From an uncultured delta proteobacterium (GTDB lineage: Bacteria > Desulfobacterota > Binatia > UBA9968): 64,000 bases of DNA. The position numbers and the translations under genes were made by a program. The stretch spans positions 96,001 through 160,000 of the forward strand of contig CAVUZH010000003.1 of the NCBI GenBank assembly GCA_963745835.1, in the 5' to 3' direction. Below, one piece after another: positions 49,180 to 58,579 of the stretch. The first letter of the stretch is position 1, and each line of letters begins with the position of its first letter. The notes under the pieces are model-generated. The model was given only the letters and a program-made list of their open reading frames with translations, made no database searches and was not told the origin of the DNA.

Positions 49180-50010
49180 ATGAGACCTAAGTCAATCGAA
49201 TGGCCAAACAAAGCGAAGATCGCCGTAAGTTTTTTTGTCGGACTCGAATCTTTTGTCAAGTATTCACAATACCGGGGAAGCGGCGACCAGGTCGATTATG
49301 CTTCGATAGCGTTTGGCGAATACGGCGGTAAGGTGGGTATCTGGAGAATTCTCGACGTTTTCACTAAACACAAGGTCAAGGGCACGATTGACACCAATGG
49401 GCTTGCGGCCGAGCGGTATCCCGAGGCGATCAAAGAACTCCATAGGGCGGGCCATGAAATCGTCGGTCATGGCTGGTCCAACGATGTTCCCCCTACGGCG
49501 CTGGACGATCAAGAGGAACGCCGGGTAATCAAGCGAACATTGGATACGATCTCATCAGTGACCGGCAAGCGTCCGGTTGGTTGGGTTAGCCCGGCTCATT
49601 TGATGACGGATAAGACGTTTGGATTTCTCGTCGATGAGGGGATCTTCTGGAGTGGCGATTTACCTGGAGATGATCTCCCATATCACGTTAATGTCGAGAG
49701 CCGCCCATTGGTGGTTATGCCGCGCCTCGATTACGCTAATGACCTAAGCCTCATTTTCCGGCCCAAGAACTCTCCGAGTTTGTTTTTCGAGTGTTTTAAG
49801 ACCGCGTTCGATCGGATGTATGCCGAAGGAAAGGATGGAAGTCCGAAGCTGATCGATGCTCTCATACATGCGCATATTGGCGGCCGGCCGAACTATATCG
49901 GCATGTACGAACAGTGTATCACCTATGCAAAGCAGTTCTCCGATGTCTGGTTCTGTACTAAAGGTGAGATCGCCCAGTGGTATCTGGATCGTTACGTGAA
50001 GAAGAGTTAG
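49180..50010 (+). CDS. Polysaccharide deacetylase / PuuE allantoinase-like protein
   Basis: 'WPNKAKIAV', 'EYGGKVGIWRIL', 'GHEIVGHGW', 'RPVGW', 'DDLPY', 'HAHIGGRP'. Confidence 0.87.
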   Translation: MRPKSIEWPNKAKIAVSFFVGLESFVKYSQYRGSGDQVDYASIAFGEYGGKVGIWRILDVFTKHKVKGTIDTNGLAAERYPEAIKELHRAGHEIVGHGWSNDVPPTALDDQEERRVIKRTLDTISSVTGKRPVGWVSPAHLMTDKTFGFLVDEGIFWSGDLPGDDLPYHVNVESRPLVVMPRLDYANDLSLIFRPKNSPSLFFECFKTAFDRMYAEGKDGSPKLIDALIHAHIGGRPNYIGMYEQCITYAKQFSDVWFCTKGEIAQWYLDRYVKKS

Positions 50011-50124
50011 TCCGTCAATCGGTTATTGCTAATGAGGCCGAACGTTTCGTCTGCTCGCGCCATAGTCCTGGCAGCCACTGCAGTGCTTCTTGAGCCTGGC
50101 ATCACATCAGCAACGATCTAAACG

Positions 50125-51843
50125 ATGGTTTACGATCGTCTAGCCCGCTGGAACATTTCGAATTTCAATTTTCAACGGATGCTCTTCGTCGTCCTGCTGG
50201 CGATCCTCTGCTATTTGGTTCTACCACCGCTATTTTTCACGATTCAGTCGAGTCTCTATGTCGATCGCGGCTTCAACGAGGCGGAGCTATCGTTAAAAAA
50301 TTATACAGATTTCCTAACAACACCTGAGACCGGCGTCATGCTGGTGAATTCTATTTGGTTTGCGCTTGGGAGTTCACTGGTCGCCCTTACCGTAGGAACT
50401 CTTCTTGCCTGGGTGGTCGAGCGAACCGATACACCTTTCAAGAACCTAGCATACCTTTCGGCATTCACGTCATTTGCTATTCCCGGCATCGTTAAGGTTA
50501 TCGGCTGGATCATGCTCTTTGGTCCCGAGAAGGGTGTTATAAATGTTTGGTTGAAAGAACTCTTTGACCTGCAGTACTCCCCATTCAACATATTCACGCT
50601 TACCGGAATGATCCTCGTTGAAGGCGTGGTATGGGCACCGGTCGTGTTTTTGTTTATGGCGGCGCCATTTCGTTCGATGGACCCGTCATTAGAAGAGTCG
50701 GCGCTCATGTCTGGTGCAGGACCTGTGCAAACGTTCTATCATGTCACTCTTAAACTTGCGCTGCCCAGCGTACTCTCGGTGCTCCTTCTGACATTTGTCC
50801 GAGCCATGGAAGCATTCGAGATTCCTGTCCTCATCGGTATTCCCGGGCGCGTGTTGGTCCTGACGAGCGAAATTTATCTGAGACTCTCCAGCGGGCTTTT
50901 GCCGCAATATGGCATGGCGAGCGCTTACGGCGTCGTTCTAATCTTTTTGGTGTCGATCGGTCTCTATTTTTATTCGAGAGCCACTCGCGAATCGCAAAAG
51001 TTTTATACCATTACCGGTAAAGGGTTCAGGCCGCGAACCATCGAAATGGGAAAGTGGAGATACGTCACGACAGTGATTGTTTTCGTGCTGCCGACATTGC
51101 TTGGCTTGCCGTTGCTGATCCTGATGTGGACCTCGGTGCTTCCTTATTACATGGCACCGTCGCTAGACGCGCTTCGCCAGTTGACGACGATCAATTATTC
51201 GGCGGCGTTTCAGAGTTCCAATGTTTGGCTGGCTCTGAAAAACAGCCTGATCATCAGCCTAACGAGCGCCTCTCTGACCATGCTTCTGACCGCAGTGGTC
51301 GCGTGGGTTGTCGTCAGGAGCAATATTCCTGGCAAAGGCATTCTGGAGCACCTCACGTCGTTTACGCTCGCCTTTCCCAGTGTGGTTCTCGCGGTGGCGA
51401 TGTTGCTCACCTACCTTAAACTTCCAATCCCGGTGTATGGTACCATCTGGATTCTCGTCCTGGGCTACATCACGCGCTACATCCCATACGGGCTTCGCTA
51501 CTGCTCGCCTGGTCTGTTGCAGATCAATAAGGAGTTGGAAGAAAGCGCGGAGATGAGCGGGGCTCCTTGGCTTACTGTTTTTCGCCGCATCGTCGTCCCT
51601 TTGATGATGCCGTCAATATTTGCCGGATGGATCTATATCTTCTTGTTGAGCGTTCGAGAGCTCACGATGGCACTTTTGCTCTACAGTCCGGGGTCGCAAG
51701 TGATTTCGGTGACCATTTTCAAAATGTGGGACTTCGGTACTCTGGGCGAGCTGTCGGCATTTAGTGTATCCGTCAGTCTACTGCTCGTCGGCATGGCGAT
51801 CCTATTTCATAGATTGAGCAGACGTTACGGGTTACGTGTGTGA
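50125..51843 (+). CDS. ABC importer permease, FbpB/AfuB type (two TM domains)
   Basis: Two EAA motifs ('DPSLEESALMSGA', 'KELEESAEMSGA'). Confidence 0.92.
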   Translation: MVYDRLARWNISNFNFQRMLFVVLLAILCYLVLPPLFFTIQSSLYVDRGFNEAELSLKNYTDFLTTPETGVMLVNSIWFALGSSLVALTVGTLLAWVVERTDTPFKNLAYLSAFTSFAIPGIVKVIGWIMLFGPEKGVINVWLKELFDLQYSPFNIFTLTGMILVEGVVWAPVVFLFMAAPFRSMDPSLEESALMSGAGPVQTFYHVTLKLALPSVLSVLLLTFVRAMEAFEIPVLIGIPGRVLVLTSEIYLRLSSGLLPQYGMASAYGVVLIFLVSIGLYFYSRATRESQKFYTITGKGFRPRTIEMGKWRYVTTVIVFVLPTLLGLPLLILMWTSVLPYYMAPSLDALRQLTTINYSAAFQSSNVWLALKNSLIISLTSASLTMLLTAVVAWVVVRSNIPGKGILEHLTSFTLAFPSVVLAVAMLLTYLKLPIPVYGTIWILVLGYITRYIPYGLRYCSPGLLQINKELEESAEMSGAPWLTVFRRIVVPLMMPSIFAGWIYIFLLSVRELTMALLLYSPGSQVISVTIFKMWDFGTLGELSAFSVSVSLLLVGMAILFHRLSRRYGLRV

Positions 51844-51867
51844 TACTAAACGTCTAGAGCAGCGAAT

Positions 51868-52968
51868 ATGCTTCAGGTAAGGGATCTTTACAAAAGTTTT
51901 CCAACCGATTTGTCGGATGTGCGAGCCGTCGATTGTATCGGCTTTGAAGTCGCTCGCGGCAAATTCTTCAGCCTGCTCGGCCCCAGCGGTTGCGGAAAAA
52001 CTACAACACTGCGCTGCATCGCAGGGCTCGAACGGCCGGAGCAAGGTGAGATTGAAGTTGACGGGCACCTGGTCTTTTCGAAACAAGGCGTGTTCGTGCC
52101 CCCGTACCGTCGCGGTATCGGGATGGTTTTTCAGTCGTATGCCATCTGGCCGCATATGAACGTTTTCGAGAATGTCGCCTTTCCTTTGAAAATCGGTCAC
52201 AGGGCGTCCACCCGTGAAATAAAAGAACGGGTAGGAAAGGCGCTTCACCTCGTCCAGCTCGAGGAGCTCGGGCAGAGACCGGCGACCAACCTCAGCGGCG
52301 GACAACAACAAAGACTCGCGCTTGCAAGAGCGGTCGTGAGAGAGCCTAAACTCTTGCTCTTGGACGAACCGCTTAGCAACCTGGATGCAAAACTTCGCGA
52401 TGAAATGCGAGTGGAGTTGAAGCGAGTGCAACGGACCCTAGGTCTGACAACGATCTACGTAACCCATGACCAAACTGAGGCGCTGTCCATGTCGGACACA
52501 GTGGCCGTGATGAACAAAGGCAGGATCGTTCAGCTGGCCTCTCCCAAGGAAATCTATGAAAAACCGCTGAATAACTTCGTTGCCGATTTTATCGGATCCG
52601 CCAACATGATCGTCGGCAAGCTTACCGCATTAACCAGTGCTGAAGTCGGCCGGGTGGAGACAAAACACGGTTCACTGATTTGCGCCATTCCGCAACCTGC
52701 AAACATCAACATCGGCGGCGATGTTCTTGTGTCTGTCCGTCCAGAAGATATTCAGATGACGGTGGCTAGTGATCGATCAAAAACTTCCGAATGGGTCGGA
52801 ATCATCGACCAGGTGTCATTCCTCGGAGGTCTGATCGAGTATCAAATCGCAATTTCGGGAACTCGGATGCGCGCACGGGTTCACCCTTCCAACTTTTTCC
52901 AAGAGGGCGATTCTGTCCAGCTAACGTTCCAGCCGGGGCGATGCTGTACAGTCTCTACCGAAGACTAA
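51868..52968 (+). CDS. ABC importer ATP-binding protein (FbpC/PotA type, TOBE)
   Basis: GPSGCGKT, LSGGQQQR, LLLDEPLSNLD. Confidence 0.95.
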   Translation: MLQVRDLYKSFPTDLSDVRAVDCIGFEVARGKFFSLLGPSGCGKTTTLRCIAGLERPEQGEIEVDGHLVFSKQGVFVPPYRRGIGMVFQSYAIWPHMNVFENVAFPLKIGHRASTREIKERVGKALHLVQLEELGQRPATNLSGGQQQRLALARAVVREPKLLLLDEPLSNLDAKLRDEMRVELKRVQRTLGLTTIYVTHDQTEALSMSDTVAVMNKGRIVQLASPKEIYEKPLNNFVADFIGSANMIVGKLTALTSAEVGRVETKHGSLICAIPQPANINIGGDVLVSVRPEDIQMTVASDRSKTSEWVGIIDQVSFLGGLIEYQIAISGTRMRARVHPSNFFQEGDSVQLTFQPGRCCTVSTED

Positions 52969-53006
52969 CGGACGCCATAAAATGTGCCGGCATCTAGGAG
53001 ATTACG

Positions 53007-53744
53007 GTGGATGAACTTTCGGCTTTGAAAGACAAACTAAAAACGACTGTAAAAATTCTGCAATGGGAACTTTGTGATATGTGGGGCCATGTGAGCGCAA
53101 AGACGCCCGACGGGAAGCACTTTCTCCTTGCCTTCCTGCGACCTCCGGCGGATCCAAAAACGCCGGTCGATGAAGTTTTGGAGTTCGATATGAGCGGCAC
53201 GCTGTTGTCTGGCCGGCGTAACGTTCCCGATGAAATCTATTTTCACCTGTGTCCTTACAAAGACCGAAACGATGTCGGGGCTGTCATTCACTGTCATCCT
53301 CCTATGTCTCTCGCAGTCGTCGCCACCGGCCGCAAAATCATTCCGCTATACCAACATGTCGCTCATTTCGGCAACGGAGTGCCGATATCTCCTTGGATCT
53401 ACGGAACGATGCGCGCGCATGGAAATCGTGCCGTTAAGTTGATGGGCGAGAATTGCGCATTGATGATCAAAGGACATGGGGCCGTGGTGGTTGGGGAGAA
53501 TATCGAAGAGGCGTGCATGAACATGGCGCGAATGGAACGCACTGCGAAGATGATGATGTATGCAGCCGCGCTGGGAAAACCTGCACCGATTCCGCCCCGG
53601 GTTGGAAAGATACTTGAGAGCATCTACCCAAGACCCGGGAACAGTAAGCAGCATGAGAGAAAATTGAGAAGCATCGGACATAAGACTGAATTCCAGTACT
53701 ATGAATCACTAGTTAAAAAAGGGGTAACTTGGCCGACGATCTAG
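53007..53744 (+). CDS. Class II aldolase/adducin family protein
   Basis: 'GHVSAK', 'AVIHCHP', 'IKGHG' Zn ligands. Confidence 0.88.
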   Translation: MDELSALKDKLKTTVKILQWELCDMWGHVSAKTPDGKHFLLAFLRPPADPKTPVDEVLEFDMSGTLLSGRRNVPDEIYFHLCPYKDRNDVGAVIHCHPPMSLAVVATGRKIIPLYQHVAHFGNGVPISPWIYGTMRAHGNRAVKLMGENCALMIKGHGAVVVGENIEEACMNMARMERTAKMMMYAAALGKPAPIPPRVGKILESIYPRPGNSKQHERKLRSIGHKTEFQYYESLVKKGVTWPTI

Positions 53745-53791
53745 TTCGCTAAGGGCGGAAATTAGCCTGACTAACAGAGGAATGTGACGAA

Positions 53792-54781
53792 ATGCGAATT
53801 TTGATGATGGGCACCGGACCGATTGGTGGAATAATCGGCGGGCGGCTCGCCCGAATCGGTCACGACATCTTATTTGTGGATGTCGACAGAGAACATGTCG
53901 CAGCGATCCGCAACCACGGTTTACAGGTTGATGTACCCGATGGAGCTTTCAATGTCGGAGTTCGCATTGTTTTTCCCAACGAAATCGAAGGCAAGTTCGA
54001 GATTGCGTTTATCGCGGTTCGATCCAACTACACCTCAACGGCTGTGGTAACGGCAATGCCACACCTCGCGGACAACGGTTTGCTGGTGTCTTTGCAGAAC
54101 GGCTTTAACACGCCAGTCATGGAAGAAACGGTGGGACCTGATCGCACCGTCGGAGTGGCGATCCGCATGGGTTGCCAAAAAATCGCTCCCGCGCGGGTGC
54201 AGACGGCGCACCGTGGTCATCTCTACGTCGGTCACCCGCATCGCAAAACAACGCCGCAATTGGAAGGACTGCGCAAGCTTCTCAATTCTGTGATACCGAC
54301 CGAGATCTCACACGAGTTAGTAGACGTGCTATGGAGCAAATTAACACACACTTGTGTCTGTTTTTTCGAAGCGCTCGCAGATGCCTCTCTCAAGCAGGTG
54401 TGCGAAAAGGGCCCGAATCTTCGTCTCCTTGTTAACTATTTCGCTGAAATCATCGCGGTAGGCAAGGCAGCAGGCGCCCAATTCATTCCCCTCCTTGAAT
54501 ACAATCCTTCAGACTTTCACCCCGACCGGCCGTTCGAGGCGCGGCTCGCCAGTATGGCGAAAATGGCGAGGAGCTTTCCCGAAAATCGCAAAGGCCCTTT
54601 TCGTCAGATACAGCGCGACATTGCCACCGAAATCGATTTCATAGTAGGTCATGTTGTTAGGGAAGGAGAGCGCCTGCAAATTCCAACGCCCCTTTGTCGA
54701 AAACTCGTTCGAGTGATTCACGAGCTTGAAAGCGGGAAAAGGCAATTCGATCCGGAGAATTACCTCGAGCTTAGTTATTGA
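53792..54781 (+). CDS. Ketopantoate reductase (PanE/ApbA) family oxidoreductase
   Basis: GTGPIG, 'VSLQNG', 'WSKL', 'TEIDFIVG'. Confidence 0.85.
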   Translation: MRILMMGTGPIGGIIGGRLARIGHDILFVDVDREHVAAIRNHGLQVDVPDGAFNVGVRIVFPNEIEGKFEIAFIAVRSNYTSTAVVTAMPHLADNGLLVSLQNGFNTPVMEETVGPDRTVGVAIRMGCQKIAPARVQTAHRGHLYVGHPHRKTTPQLEGLRKLLNSVIPTEISHELVDVLWSKLTHTCVCFFEALADASLKQVCEKGPNLRLLVNYFAEIIAVGKAAGAQFIPLLEYNPSDFHPDRPFEARLASMAKMARSFPENRKGPFRQIQRDIATEIDFIVGHVVREGERLQIPTPLCRKLVRVIHELESGKRQFDPENYLELSY

Positions 54782-55005
54782 TGGGCTAAGAGAAAATGCA
54801 GCTTAAAAATCCGCATTAAAACGCTTCGAGGCTTCAGCCCACGCGATTGACTGCTCACCCTGGTAAGACACGGGGTCAGACGCGAAGTGGTTCGGTTGCC
54901 ATCGAGGACGGTCTATATCGAGCAATCGTTGAAGACTATTGTAGACTTTCTAGATCAAGCGTAAAGACTTAGTTTCTAACGCTAAAGCTTGAGTTTACAT
55001 GAGGA

Positions 55006-56031
55006 GTGAATTTAATGAAACTATGGTCTCTGCTTTTTGCTACTATGTGCGCGTTCTCAATAAACGCAACTCTTTCCGCCCAAGAACCCTTCTATAAAGG
55101 AAAAGTTCTACGGATCGTCACAGGCGCGAGTGCTGGCGGTGGTCTTGACACCTACTCGAGAACTATCGCTCGTCACATGAAGAAATATATTCCGGGCAAT
55201 CCTACTATCATTGTGGAGAATATGCCGGGGGCTGGCGGTTTAATCATGGTGAACCATCTTGCTAAGGTTGCCAAACCCGACGGATTAACTCTCGGAAGTT
55301 TCATCGGTGACCTCATAGGTCTTCAACTACTCGGGCGCCCGGGAGTTGAGGCTGATTTCTTGAAGCTCGGATATGTGGGAGTCCCACTGAGAGATACCGC
55401 GGCGTGCGCCTTCACCAAAGCCAGCGGCATTACGAGCGTCGATAAATGGATGGCGGCGAAAGTACCTGTAAAACTCGGCTCCACGGGTCCGATGACCGGG
55501 ATAGATAACACTCCGAGAATTCTAAAGGCGCTTCTTGGCCTGCCAATCCAAATCGTCGCTGGCTACAAGGGGACTTCCGAGATCAGGCTGGCGGCGGAGA
55601 GCGGTGAACTTGCCGGCGCTTGTTGGGTCTGGGGCTCGATAAAACCTGGCTGGAGAAGCGCGATACAGTCCGGTGATGTCGTTGTGGTACTGCAGAATCG
55701 GCCACAACCACACCCGGACCTCCCTCACGTACCTCTCGCGGACGATTTGGCCAAGACGAAAGAGGAGCGAGAACTTCTTCAGGTCAGTGACCTTAGCCCG
55801 ATATCGTTTACGTATGCGATCGCGGGCGGCTCACCCGACGATCGGCTGCAAACTTTACGGCGCGCGTTTATGGACACGATGAAAGATGCGGAATTTCTTG
55901 CCGACGCCGAGAAGTCGAAGGTCCTTATCGACCCGATGGCTGGCGACGAAGTCGAAAAAACCGTGCATAAATTTCTAAGTCTGGAGCCTGCCATGGCAAC
56001 AAAGCTAAAAGAGATCCTTTCTGCTAAATGA
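55006..56031 (+). CDS. Bug/TctC tripartite tricarboxylate transporter substrate-binding protein
   Basis: 'GASAGGGLD..SR', 'VENMPGAGG', 'GYKGT', 'HPDLPHVP'. Confidence 0.88.
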   Translation: MNLMKLWSLLFATMCAFSINATLSAQEPFYKGKVLRIVTGASAGGGLDTYSRTIARHMKKYIPGNPTIIVENMPGAGGLIMVNHLAKVAKPDGLTLGSFIGDLIGLQLLGRPGVEADFLKLGYVGVPLRDTAACAFTKASGITSVDKWMAAKVPVKLGSTGPMTGIDNTPRILKALLGLPIQIVAGYKGTSEIRLAAESGELAGACWVWGSIKPGWRSAIQSGDVVVVLQNRPQPHPDLPHVPLADDLAKTKEERELLQVSDLSPISFTYAIAGGSPDDRLQTLRRAFMDTMKDAEFLADAEKSKVLIDPMAGDEVEKTVHKFLSLEPAMATKLKEILSAK

Positions 56032-56174
56032 CCGCGAGGGAAGAGCGCAACGCTCTATTTCTTAAGTCAAAGCCGTCCGAGGTTAGTCGTTTACGGGAAT
56101 TCGCCTGAGCCCAAGTGCACCCTGGCAAGCGGCGATTTGTCGAGGATGAAATCAGTTTCAGCTGGGAGCAGAAA

Positions 56175-56351
56175 TTGAAAAATTTGATCAAGAAACTCGA
56201 TGCGGAGTACGCCTTCGGCTTGACCGAAGAAGAAATCGAGTTGATTGCGCGTCAGGCGGAAGAGAGTGCGCGGCTTTACCAGAAGCTTTACGACGTCGAC
56301 ATTGCTGATGAAAGTCCCGTTTCAAAGTCGGTTGCTGGAGAAAAAGAGTGA
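56175..56351 (+). CDS. Small acidic GatC/AtzG-like amidase partner (start uncertain)
   Basis: 'LTEEEIELIARQAE...LYDVDIADESP' resembles GatC; stop overlaps the amidase start (GTGA). Confidence 0.55.
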   Translation: MKNLIKKLDAEYAFGLTEEEIELIARQAEESARLYQKLYDVDIADESPVSKSVAGEKE

Positions 56352-57796
56352 GCCCGGAAATTGAGAGACTCACTATCGCCGAGCTCGCTCCGTGCATCAA
56401 GAGTGGCACTGTGTCGCCGGTCGCTCTTACCGAGAGGTATCTTCAACGCATCGAGAAACTTAACCCAATATTAAACGCGTACATTACCGTCACAGCGGAT
56501 GACGCGCTAGCTCAAGCGAAAGTGGCGGAAAGCGAGATCAATGCGGGGAGATACCGGGGTCCGCTTCATGGGATTCCAGTCGGAATCAAGGATAATCTCG
56601 CAACCAACGGCATCCGAACGACAGCAGGGTCGAAGATACTTTCCGACTGGGTACCCGACTTCGACGCTACGGTCGTGACCCGTTTGAAAAACTCCGGCGC
56701 CATCATCTTGGGCAAAACCAACATGCATGAATGGGCCAAAGCGAGCAACACGATAAACCGTTTCTATGGCGCCATTCATAACCCTTGGGATTTTAAGGCG
56801 ACACCCGGCGGATCAAGCGGTGGCTCGGCTGCCGCGGTAGCGGCCGACATGTGCGTGGCATCAATTGGTACGGATAGCGCGGGGTCGGTTAGGACGCCAG
56901 CATCTTTGTGCGGCATTGTTGGGCTGAAGCCAACCTACGGTCGCGTTAGCCAGCATGGCGGCGTCCCCGGAACCGGCGGTCATTCCATCAATCACTTCGG
57001 CATTTTTACCAAGACCGTTCAAGACTGCGCCTATGTTCTCGAAGTGGTTGCCGGATATGATCCGCAGGATCCGCTCAGTTCTACAGCAACGGTACCGGGT
57101 TATGCAGCTGCCGTTCGCAAGTCTGTGGGAAGTCTCAAAGTCGGCGTCATCGACAGTTATTTCCCCGAAGTGATGAGCAGTGAAGTGAGGCAAATTTTTG
57201 CTGCGGCTCTGGAAACTGTCGAGCGGTTAGGCATGAAGGCCGAATCAATTTCGATTTCCCACATGGAGCTTATTCCCACGGTATTCGCCTGCACCATGAG
57301 GTTCGAAGATATAGCGCCCCACGATCGTCATATGAGAAGCCGGCCACGAGATTATAGTTCTCGGCTCCTTTACAATCAGATCAGCTCACTCACGATTCCC
57401 GAGGCGACGTATCAAAGAGCACAAAAAGTACGAAAGCTGATCTATCGTGAGTTCGAAATTGCGCTGGCGAAAGTGGACCTGATCATTGCGCCGACGATGG
57501 CTATCCCAGCCCCGAGCCTCGAGGCTTGCGAGCGGGGCTACGTCGAAGTCGACGGAAGTAGAGTGCCGCTCCAGGATAGTCGAGGAAATTTCCTCACGCT
57601 ATTTACCATTCCGTTCAACCTAACCGGTCTTCCAGCGCTAAGCGTCTGCTGTGGGTTTTCATCCTCTGGCTTACCCGTCGGACTGCAGCTCATTGGACCC
57701 GCTTTTCAGGAAAGCATGGTTTTGCAAGTTGCGCATGCTTACGAACAAGCCACGAATTGGCATAATAGGTGGCCGGAGCTTCCATCAACTGAATAA
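56348..57796 (+). CDS. Amidase-signature enzyme (GatA/AtzE-like)
   Basis: 'GPLHGIPVGIKDN', 'GGSSGGS', 'GTDSAGSVRTPASLCG' (Lys-cisSer-Ser triad). Confidence 0.92.
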   Translation: MSPEIERLTIAELAPCIKSGTVSPVALTERYLQRIEKLNPILNAYITVTADDALAQAKVAESEINAGRYRGPLHGIPVGIKDNLATNGIRTTAGSKILSDWVPDFDATVVTRLKNSGAIILGKTNMHEWAKASNTINRFYGAIHNPWDFKATPGGSSGGSAAAVAADMCVASIGTDSAGSVRTPASLCGIVGLKPTYGRVSQHGGVPGTGGHSINHFGIFTKTVQDCAYVLEVVAGYDPQDPLSSTATVPGYAAAVRKSVGSLKVGVIDSYFPEVMSSEVRQIFAAALETVERLGMKAESISISHMELIPTVFACTMRFEDIAPHDRHMRSRPRDYSSRLLYNQISSLTIPEATYQRAQKVRKLIYREFEIALAKVDLIIAPTMAIPAPSLEACERGYVEVDGSRVPLQDSRGNFLTLFTIPFNLTGLPALSVCCGFSSSGLPVGLQLIGPAFQESMVLQVAHAYEQATNWHNRWPELPSTE

Positions 57797-58028
57797 AAAG
57801 AGACTAGTGCCCAACGGTGAACTCTTTTGATCATTTGCAGCTGCATCGTAATTTAGACCGCGTTCGAATCTGGATGCACTACTACGATGATCGAAGCTGC
57901 ATGGATGAACCAGCTTGTATTAGTGTCCTCCGAATGCAGGCGCTGTAATTTAGCCAATTTCCCTGATCAGGATCGCGAGCGAGCAAACTTGTGAATCAAT
58001 TTGTCGTCGCAGTCAACAGTTTGGAGCG

Positions 58029-58415
58029 TTGATGTTCGCTATGAGACCGTCTGGTCGGGCTGCCGAAAGAGAAGCGGTCGAGTTTGAGCCCGCCAGAGCC
58101 TACATATCTCAGCTCCGTTACGATTCGCTTACGTTTGTGTCGGGATACACATCGGAACTGGATCGTCTGGAAGATCAAGTACCGGCAGTCTTAGCCGACA
58201 TAGACGAGGCCCTAAAAACCGCGTTAACGAGGTGGAAGCACGTCGCCAAATTGTCTGTATATCTCAGTAGAAGTCAAAGCCTCGAGTTGCTGAAGGAGTT
58301 GTTGCGAAAAGCAAATCGATTGGATCTCGCAAGAATAGAATTCGAGTTTGTTGACGGATTCGCCCGAGACAAGGTTCTGTTCGAGGCGGAAGCTACGGCT
58401 TCAATCGCTGGCTAG
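58029..58415 (+). CDS. RidA/YjgF-like domain, possibly 5'-truncated
   Basis: 'TFVSG.T', 'WKHVAKLSVYL', 'FVDGFA...LFEAEATA'; no convincing RBS. Confidence 0.5.
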   Translation: MMFAMRPSGRAAEREAVEFEPARAYISQLRYDSLTFVSGYTSELDRLEDQVPAVLADIDEALKTALTRWKHVAKLSVYLSRSQSLELLKELLRKANRLDLARIEFEFVDGFARDKVLFEAEATASIAG

Positions 58416-58579
58416 TGCGTGCTGACGTTCAAGGTTAGGATACTGCAAGGAATTCCTCCGGCATGCAATCAAACCTAATAATAAGCTGGTTGTCGAAGGT
58501 TCGTCTTCAGGAAGCTGTTTCGGTGCAAAAGAGTTGCGGTCCTCTTGCGAGCTTATCGACCACGGGTCTGCAGCCGGGG

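Noticed and set aside
50125-52968. Assignment as a ferric-iron importer
   Set aside because: Family resemblance only; the catabolic neighbourhood and lack of iron-related genes argue against naming the substrate
56348-57796. gatA of the Glu/Asp-tRNA amidotransferase
   Set aside because: No gatB adjacent, catabolic context, and GatA-specific segments not recognised; treated as a generic amidase
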